DNA of 64,000 nt from an uncultured virus (IMG/VR IMGVR_UViG_3300048581_000026). Taxonomy: Duplodnaviria; Heunggongvirae; Uroviricota; Caudoviricetes. The stretch lies in the IMG/VR virus record IMGVR_UViG_3300048581_000026. One strand, 5' to 3'. Numbering within the stretch: position 1 is the first letter of the stretch; every line of letters starts with the position of its first letter. The notes beneath the pieces are model-generated. The model was not told the DNA's origin. It saw only the letters and a list, made by a program, of their open reading frames with translations, and made no database searches. Position numbers and translations under genes: made by a program. Of this stretch, positions 1-6,224 are shown piece by piece.

Positions 1-668
1 ATCAACGCAGAGTACTCATCAACATTGAATGCCACAATAGCACACGGCCTGGTCTTCTGAGGCTCAAGACAGAACCGATCCAAGGCCAGAAGCTGAGACT
101 TCTGAATGTGTGTGGAATAGATGAAGGTCTGTGCCTTGATCCTATCAGGCAGGTGGACGGGAACCTCATTGATGATCCAGTTGCTGTGGACCCCGTTTGG
201 AGCTATGACGATCAGGACATCCACGTTGTTGTTATCCCACTGATAGGCAAATGTATCTAGGCACACCTTCGTCTTGCCTGTGCCCTGCTCCCATAGGTAT
301 GCAAAATTTTTACGATCCCTTCCTAAAATGAAACCTTGCTTCTGGTGATTATATGGGATCGTTTTATACTCATAGCCTTTATCGTCGTGAAGCTGCTCGT
401 GCTTCTCCTCCCTGGTGTTTTGCTCCTGCTGTTTAATGGCCAGGAAGGTGTCTAGCTGGTCCTGAGCGGTACCTTCCCAAATGGCCGCAGGCCAGTGTGT
501 GAGGATGAATTGCAGGTTGGCTCCTGTGGGTGCGAAGACCAGCTTACGGTCCACCCACTTTTTGCGACCTGGCATAGTTGATAAAATGACAAAGCACTTT
601 GGCACATCACAGTCAAGTTCCAGGCTGTGTGGTGTCAAAGTGCGTATGGTCATAGGCTTATCTTCCAT
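1..668 (-). CDS. SNF2-family (SF2) DNA helicase, N-terminal part; runs off the window edge
   Basis: Read by hand (missing from the ORF track): ATG at 668 with GAGGAGG RBS; ...PYNHQKQG...YLWEQGTGKTKVCLD...VLIVIAPNGVHSNW (Q motif, Walker A, motif Ia). Confidence 0.9.
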   Translation of the reverse strand, partial: MEDKPMTIRTLTPHSLELDCDVPKCFVILSTMPGRKKWVDRKLVFAPTGANLQFILTHWPAAIWEGTAQDQLDTFLAIKQQEQNTREEKHEQLHDDKGYEYKTIPYNHQKQGFILGRDRKNFAYLWEQGTGKTKVCLDTFAYQWDNNNVDVLIVIAPNGVHSNWIINEVPVHLPDRIKAQTFIYSTHIQKSQLLALDRFCLEPQKTRPCAIVAFNVDEYSAL

Positions 669-679
669 CGTGCCTCCTC

Positions 680-1213
680 AATGAAGTATGCATTGGGTGG
701 TTGTGACCCCGGTAGTGCCTGCCGACTATGGGCTGTTGTGGCTAGTCCGGGGTCAGCATCACGCAATGGATGCTTGGTGTATCAGATTCGGATGATGCCT
801 CTCAGGTGGTTGTAGTTCTCATTATCCTGAGGGTGGGCGCGGGCTCACCCCGCGTGGTTGACAGACGAGTCATCTGTTTGCCTGCTATTTCTGAAGGCCT
901 GGCCGCCAGTGCGGAACGCAGACTGGCATCACACATCACTGATCTGGGCTGGGCCAAGGATGCCTCACAGCTCACAGTCAGAATATGTTTGAGGCTTTTG
1001 TGGCGGGGATGCCTCGCAACCCTAGGGCCAGCCAACTCGACGACAGGGATCTCTTGAGCTGGTGTGCTTTGAGATCCAGTTCAAGTTATGGACAGATCTG
1101 GGTAAGCCACAATCAGGGACGCTGGAACAACTCACCTGGCCCGCATGTCCAGTATGGATGTTCCACCCACGTATGATCAATGCCCAGAGAGCTGCCGAGG
1201 GCAGAGTCCACAT
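680..1213 (-). ncRNA. Candidate large structured non-coding RNA (class unidentified)
   Basis: ~535-nt gap between two well-formed genes with more than 12 nested stems, e.g. 704-712/747-755 (9 bp), 755-760/769-774, 838-843/849-854, 947-952/1028-1033, 1047-1053/1071-1077; overlapping ORFs look non-coding. Confidence 0.65.
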
Positions 1214-1214
1214 A

Positions 1215-1406
1215 TCAGGGACGGCAGTATCTGTTCAGGGAGCTCACATTATTGGCTGCATCCCTGGTGATGCGGTCGATGCGGATGAAGTCCCAACCAG
1301 CACGCTGGGCCAGGCGGCTGAACACCAGCACCGCAGCCTTTGGATACAGTAGCAGCTTGGCCACATCCATCTTGATGAAATCAGGGATCTTCCTGGGTTC
1401 TCTCAT
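1215..1406 (-). CDS. Hypothetical early protein (63 aa)
   Basis: AAGGAGGT RBS upstream of ATG 1406; phage-like codon usage. Confidence 0.75.
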   Translation of the reverse strand: MREPRKIPDFIKMDVAKLLLYPKAAVLVFSRLAQRAGWDFIRIDRITRDAANNVSSLNRYCRP

Positions 1407-1449
1407 TGATACCTCCTTGAGTTGAACTTGTTGCTGGCTTGGAAGGAAC

Positions 1450-1665
1450 CTAGATCCGGTTCCCGTTGTCGTCGGTCAGGAACCTGATGAGAGGGTTGCT
1501 GCCCTTCTTGAGCGCACACTTGAAGCAACCTTCCACATTGACGGCCATCTGGGCAGCGGCAGCGCGGACGGCATTCCGATTTTTCCCTGACAGCTCGGTC
1601 GGAGTGGTGTAGTGGGCTGGGTTCTTGTCAGTGCCAACCAGGATGGAAACCATTGCAGTCTGCAT
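1450..1665 (-). CDS. Hypothetical early protein (~71 aa)
   Basis: GGAG RBS before ATG 1665; co-oriented with neighbours. Confidence 0.7.
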   Translation of the reverse strand: MQTAMVSILVGTDKNPAHYTTPTELSGKNRNAVRAAAAQMAVNVEGCFKCALKKGSNPLIRFLTDDNGNRI

Positions 1666-1722
1666 TTCTTCTCCAGATGAAGTGGAGTGGCCTAGGTCAG
1701 CCACCCAGGTTTGATTGTGCTG

Positions 1723-2931
1723 CTACTTGATCTCCACAAACTTGTGGTCCTCGTCCCAGGCAAGATCCTGGGGCCGACCACCAAGGCGGATGTAGTCTTC
1801 GTAGGTGATGCCGTCGGTGATGACGTTGAAGGACTTCCAGCCCCAGCTGCCTTCCTTGCGAGGGTTGCTCGGGACCAGCTTGTAGATCTTCTTGCCAGAC
1901 TTGGGGCTCCTTGGGCCAGAAGCTACACCAGGAAGCCTGGGGGTCTTGCCAGGGACCAAGATGTCCTTGCAGTCTTGGGCCGCACCCTTGGGGAGCAGAG
2001 TGATGTAGTAGAAGGGCTCGTCGCCAGCCTGACCTGTTGTGTCGTCTTCCAGTTCAACCAGTTCCGTGGTCTTGAGGAACTGGAGCTGCTTCACAACCTC
2101 GGTGGTGCTGGTGGTGGCACGCTTGGCCACTTCAGTGCTGGTGGTGACTTGGTCTTCACCAGCAGCTTCCTGCTCCTTGATGATGTTCTGGATGTTCCAC
2201 AGGATGGTGAATGCCCTGGATCCCTTGGGAGCCTTGGCACGGACTTCCTTCCTGGGGATAGCCCCGACCACAGCCTCTTCCTGGGCACGAGCCTCAGCCT
2301 GGATCTGGCGCAGAGGAGCCACAAGGGCATCCCAGCCTTCCTCTTCAGTCCCATCACCTTCACGACGGGCAGGGGTCCCAGGATCAGCAGGATGCTCACC
2401 AGCCCGATTGTCCTGCTTGATGGTAGGCTTGGCCTTGATTGCTGCAGAGGCCTCTTCTGTGGCAGCACAGAGCCTGTCCAGGCTGGCCTGAGTGGCACCC
2501 TTAGCACGCCAGGAATCGATAGCGGACTTCACGAAAGCAGCCGGACGACCGAGGCCTTCAACAAGCAGCTTTTCATAGCCGACCAGGGCCTTGTCGAACA
2601 GCTCCACAAGGCTTGGTGCAGGAGCCTCGAAAGGCTCGTCGGCAGCCAAGGGTGTGGCCGGCGGTGCTTCGACCACCTCTGTGGCAGGGAGTGGTGAAGC
2701 TTGGCCTTTTTTGGACTTCTTCTCCAGGTCCTTCGCCAGCTTTTCGCACAGGTCGGGGCGAATGGCCAGATCCTTCATGGCCTTGAGCAGATTCTCAGGG
2801 TGATCGGCAGTGAGCCCGTGCACCCTGGCCTGCCCCACCTTCAGCTCCTTGAACTTGGTGACGTGGACTGCACTGAGCAGATTGTAAATGAGGACCAGTT
2901 CTTTACTGGTGAGTTCGGTGATGATGCTCAT
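1723..2931 (-). CDS. Multidomain early protein: winged-HTH-like region plus C-terminal NPRxEG...GGR..DL.WD domain
   Basis: AAAGGAG RBS; STEVAKRATTSTTEVVKQLQFLKTTELVEL is HTH-like; C-terminal ~45 aa shared with 4629-4847 and 14158-14712. Confidence 0.8.
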   Translation of the reverse strand: MSIITELTSKELVLIYNLLSAVHVTKFKELKVGQARVHGLTADHPENLLKAMKDLAIRPDLCEKLAKDLEKKSKKGQASPLPATEVVEAPPATPLAADEPFEAPAPSLVELFDKALVGYEKLLVEGLGRPAAFVKSAIDSWRAKGATQASLDRLCAATEEASAAIKAKPTIKQDNRAGEHPADPGTPARREGDGTEEEGWDALVAPLRQIQAEARAQEEAVVGAIPRKEVRAKAPKGSRAFTILWNIQNIIKEQEAAGEDQVTTSTEVAKRATTSTTEVVKQLQFLKTTELVELEDDTTGQAGDEPFYYITLLPKGAAQDCKDILVPGKTPRLPGVASGPRSPKSGKKIYKLVPSNPRKEGSWGWKSFNVITDGITYEDYIRLGGRPQDLAWDEDHKFVEIK

Positions 2932-2960
2932 GATTTGCTCCTTTAATGGACTGAGGTTTA

Positions 2961-2984
2961 GGTGGGCCCATTATTGGGCCCACC
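2961..2984. other. Perfect 10-bp intergenic hairpin (GGTGGGCCCA-TTAT-TGGGCCCACC) without a U-tract
   Basis: Inverted repeat read directly; possible mRNA stabiliser or protein-binding site. Confidence 0.6.
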
Positions 2985-2998
2985 AACTTGGTTTGAAA

Positions 2999-4093
2999 TC
3001 AGGCTTCAACCAGTTCAGCGTCGATGATCTCACTGGCCTTTGGCATCCGGGCCAGGGCATTGTAGTCCAGCTTGTTGAGCTGCATGATGCGCCCACCAAG
3101 GGTCTCCAGTTCCACTGCCCGGTCGTAGTTGTCGGAGCTGTTGGCCAGGATGGTGACGGCATTGGCCAGCCCCCAGCGGCTGTAGTCCTTGGATTCAGCC
3201 AAGGCGATCAGTGCGGACTCAGTCTCCGGCTTATTCAGGTTGTAGCGAGCACCAAGGGACTCAACCACCATTGTGGGTTCAGCCGGAAGGGCCTCGTCAC
3301 CAGCTTCACGCAGGGAGGCCAGGGTCTTCTGGAACATCTCAGGGGATGCCATTGCCTCCAAGTATTCACCCAGTTCAGCGATCATGACCCTGGTCTTGAG
3401 CATTTGGGTCTCACTGGACAGGGCCACCCAACTCAGGTCCTGCTGGCCATCAAGGTAGCTGCCACCGATGTGTGCGTGGCGACGAACCTGGTCGGCAAGG
3501 ACCATGCCATTGGTGCAGACCAGACGGTAGATCAGTGGGGAAATGCTCAGGGCACCCCGACCAACCTCACTGTTGCGGATGGCCACGCCGTAGCGCACCA
3601 CATCACCCTTGCGGATCTCACCTTCCACCTTGGGCATGGTGGCCTGGAGTTGGAAGTAGTCGTCGCTGACGTTGACGCTCTCGATCTTGGCCTTCAGGCG
3701 GGTGAGGACTGGATACATCCCATCAAACACCAGCTCGTTGTCGATGCGTCGGTAGCTGTCGGACATGAAGGCTCTTGCATTCCCATCAAGGGTGCGAACC
3801 ATCCGACGACCTTCCTGCTTCTCCATGATGGTATTGAGGTTGTGGACCAGGAGGTCGGGGAAATCAGCCTCCAGGCGGCTGGCGAACTTGCTGGGGATGT
3901 TGAGGTAACTGGTGACCTGGTTGCGGGCCAGACTGGTCAGGGCCAGATCATCGGAGCCTACACTCAGCCGGATCACACCCTGGGTGCTGTGGCTGAAGTG
4001 GAGTTCCTTGGTGGGGGCGATGAGGTCACGCTTGCCAGAAGCGTGGGCCAGGATGGTGTCGACCAGTTGCTTGGGTTCCATACCAGAGATCAT
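2999..4093 (-). CDS. DUF932-like phage protein
   Basis: RAFMSDSYRRIDN...NSEVGRGAL.I.PLIYRLVCTNGMV signature; AAAGGAG RBS. Confidence 0.8.
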   Translation of the reverse strand: MISGMEPKQLVDTILAHASGKRDLIAPTKELHFSHSTQGVIRLSVGSDDLALTSLARNQVTSYLNIPSKFASRLEADFPDLLVHNLNTIMEKQEGRRMVRTLDGNARAFMSDSYRRIDNELVFDGMYPVLTRLKAKIESVNVSDDYFQLQATMPKVEGEIRKGDVVRYGVAIRNSEVGRGALSISPLIYRLVCTNGMVLADQVRRHAHIGGSYLDGQQDLSWVALSSETQMLKTRVMIAELGEYLEAMASPEMFQKTLASLREAGDEALPAEPTMVVESLGARYNLNKPETESALIALAESKDYSRWGLANAVTILANSSDNYDRAVELETLGGRIMQLNKLDYNALARMPKASEIIDAELVEA

Positions 4094-4104
4094 GATTGAC
4101 TCCT

Positions 4105-4251
4105 TTATGCCTTACGGCCAGTATTGGGTTGAGTGCAGAGGGAGGTGTGGTCCAGGGTGACCTTGGTGATGTCGAATCCCATATGGACCAGGTTGAATAG
4201 CGACGTCAGGCAGTGGAAAGCTTTGACGGGGTGGATGAACTGCTTGTCCAT
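4105..4251 (-). CDS. Small hypothetical protein (48 aa, MDKQFIHPVKAF...)
   Basis: Hand-translated; fills the gap, and its stop overlaps the next RBS. Confidence 0.55.
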   Translation of the reverse strand: MDKQFIHPVKAFHCLTSLFNLVHMGFDITKVTLDHTSLCTQPNTGRKA

Positions 4252-4266
4252 TTGAAGCCTTTCGTG

Positions 4267-4632
4267 CTAGTAATTGAGACGAATGCCGAGTGCGTAATTG
4301 CGCTGGACTTGGCCAACTTCGATGGCTATCCATGTGCACTGCCAAGCAGTTCTCCACTTGCCGTGCAACACATTTGCCACTTCTGCATGGGCCAATCCAG
4401 CACCCAAGAAATACAAATTTATTGAGGACTGTTGGGGGTGAAGCCCAAGGACGGAATTCATCTCGTGTTTCCCAGAAAGCTTGTGGATCTCGCTGGTCTG
4501 CCGCCAGTCCATTGCAAGGGCAAGCTGGTCTCCAACTTCCAGCCACTTGTCCTGTGTTGACCAAGGTTCAGCAGCAGAGATGGCAGTGAAGGCCATCATG
4601 AAAAGGATGAAGAAGACCAGCTTTTTCATCAC
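4267..4632 (-). CDS. Exported or membrane protein with signal peptide
   Basis: MKKLVFFILFMMAFTAISA signal peptide; DWRQT...E.N..LG.HP motif. Confidence 0.75.
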   Translation of the reverse strand: MMKKLVFFILFMMAFTAISAAEPWSTQDKWLEVGDQLALAMDWRQTSEIHKLSGKHEMNSVLGLHPQQSSINLYFLGAGLAHAEVANVLHGKWRTAWQCTWIAIEVGQVQRNYALGIRLNY

Positions 4633-4847
4633 AGCTCCTTGTCTTCCAGGTGGCAGTTTCTGTGGGCCAGATCCCAGCGGAGATCCTTGCGCCGGCCACC
4701 TTTTGCCAGAAACTTGTCGATGGTCATGCCGTTACGGATGAGAGCGAAGGACTGAAAACCCCAGGTCCCTTCCTGGCGCGGGTTGCGACGGACGTCCTTG
4801 ATGATGACGGTGATGATAACCTTTTCGGACTTCTCGGACTTGGCCAT
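4629..4847 (-). CDS. Small basic protein, stand-alone NPRxEG...GGR..DL.WD domain
   Basis: AAGGAAG RBS; aligns by eye with the C-termini of 1723-2931 and 14158-14712. Confidence 0.8.
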   Translation of the reverse strand: MAKSEKSEKVIITVIIKDVRRNPRQEGTWGFQSFALIRNGMTIDKFLAKGGRRKDLRWDLAHRNCHLEDKEL

Positions 4848-4948
4848 TTCATCTTCCTTTCTTTGCCCTTGTGGGCGTATTGAGCGATCTGGCTCATCAG
4901 TGGCTGGCGATCATTCCAACCAGACGGGGCTCTTTGGCCCCGTTTCGC

Positions 4949-5263
4949 CTAACGAACTGCCTTCCAACCAATCTGGCGGTTGTTGGCAAACACAGTAACA
5001 GTCCATCCACCAACAGCAAGAACACAACCAAAAGGACGTTTGGTTGATTTGATGAACTTGAGTCCATAACCGAAGAACTTTGCCCGCAGGACCTTGTCAT
5101 ATTCAGCAAAGTCCTCATATTCTTTCTCGTCCTGCCAGCAGTCACGGAGGTCCCCAAGGGTGGCAGCAAGCTTAAAAACCAAGGGGTTCATGAGCTCATT
5201 GAGTAGTTTGGAATCCATTGGGAAACACGAGATGTATTCCGTCCTCTGCCTGGTTGCGTTCAT
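4949..5263 (-). CDS. Hypothetical early protein
   Basis: AAAGGAG RBS within the repeated leader; clean ORF. Confidence 0.75.
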   Translation of the reverse strand: MNATRQRTEYISCFPMDSKLLNELMNPLVFKLAATLGDLRDCWQDEKEYEDFAEYDKVLRAKFFGYGLKFIKSTKRPFGCVLAVGGWTVTVFANNRQIGWKAVR

Positions 5264-5286
5264 CTCAGCTCCTTTGTTTGCTGTGG

Positions 5287-5460
5287 TTACATGCGGTGAA
5301 AAGGGTTTGCCAGCAGTTCCATATTGCGGAGCTGATCTTCCAGTTTCATGATGTTGTGAAGCTGCCTGGTTGCGTTTCTGTCATCGCGGCCATAGAGGCC
5401 AGTCTTCACTGCGTTTGCTTTGAGCTTTTCAATGCGTGAAGCCAGTTTGTCTTTCATCAT
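5287..5460 (-). CDS. Small hypothetical protein (57 aa, MMKDKLASRIEKLK...)
   Basis: Hand-translated; AAAGGAG RBS; first gene after the early leader. Confidence 0.7.
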   Translation of the reverse strand: MMKDKLASRIEKLKANAVKTGLYGRDDRNATRQLHNIMKLEDQLRNMELLANPFHRM

Positions 5461-5745
5461 AGCTCCTTTGTTTGCTGTCCCCAGCGTGGTGTCTTGCGGA
5501 TGGGCTCCAGGATTCGGCGGTTGGTTCCTTCCTGGTGAGGTGCAGTCCCGTAGTGGTGGCGCTTTGTATCGCTCATTCAGTGTTCTCCACGCTTGCTGGA
5601 CTATTGCTCCGTTTGATTCATACGTTGTAGCGCCGTTCTGTGCGCTCTTGCCAATCTCCAGGGTCGCCTCAGCTCCTGAATTCTCTTGGGGTGGGGCCTC
5701 AGCCCCGTTCCGCCTTGCTTCCTTTGTTTGTCCTGCAACTGCCCC
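5461..5745 (-). ncRNA. Candidate structured early leader or sRNA, GGA-rich
   Basis: ~280-nt untranslated stretch after a putative promoter; hairpins GGGGC-UGAG-GCCCC and AGCGC..GCGCU; long-range CAGGA/UCCUG and GGCGG/CCGCC; 13 GGA triplets counted by eye. Confidence 0.45.
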
Positions 5746-5748
5746 TTT

Positions 5749-5778
5749 ATTTTACCCGAATTTCACCCAAGTAAACAA
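5749..5778 (-). promoter_or_regulatory. Putative sigma70 early promoter
   Basis: -10 TAAAAT (5749-5754); -35 TTGTTT (18-bp spacer) or TTTACT (15-bp spacer); AT-rich UP-like region upstream. Confidence 0.5.
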
Positions 5779-6106
5779 AAATCTTCAACTTTTTTTGAAA
5801 ATATTTTTACCATGAAAAATAAGGAAAAGTCCAAAATTGGCGATGGGCTAGTTCATAACTGCAATTCTATCAAGCAGAACTTTTTGAAAATATTTTCAGC
5901 CCACCGCCAGCTCAAGAACTCTCATCAAATCAGTCATTTACATAAGTCCTTTATTTCCACGCAGCCATAGCTGGACCAAATCCTTGCCACCTATCTGGTC
6001 GCAGGGTGGTTTCAGTGTGCCTAGCAGCAGGACCTTATGTCCAAGAATCTTTCACACATATCGTGTGATATCACAGTTCTATGAATTTTCAAAGACCTGT
6101 TGTTCC

Positions 6107-6224
6107 TTACCAAATAGGTAAATTTACTAAATTGGTAAAGAATGCTACTTGCTAAGGAACTAAATTTACCAATTCAGTAAGGAATTGATTACTTACCATT
6201 CCAGTAAATTTACTAAACTGGTAA
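6107..6224. repeat. Array of five TTAC-N7-GTAA palindromic boxes (operator or origin candidate)
   Basis: Boxes at 6107-6121, 6124-6138, 6166-6180, 6193-6207, 6210-6224. Confidence 0.8.

Noticed and set aside
700..760. Group I intron P7-like pairing GACUA/UAGUC
   Set aside because: The strands are only ~14 nt apart, leaving no room for P3/P8, and no gene is interrupted
802..1213. ORFs 802-1035 and 1022-1213 (minus) and the overlapping plus-strand ORFs as protein genes
   Set aside because: No RBS, atypical composition, and they overlap dense base-paired structure
1711..4099. Long plus-strand ORFs 1711-2697 and 2888-4099
   Set aside because: Antisense shadows of strongly codon-biased minus-strand genes
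6107..6224. CRISPR mini-array
   Set aside because: Units are 15-bp palindromic boxes with irregular short gaps, with no spacer-sized unique segments and no cas genes
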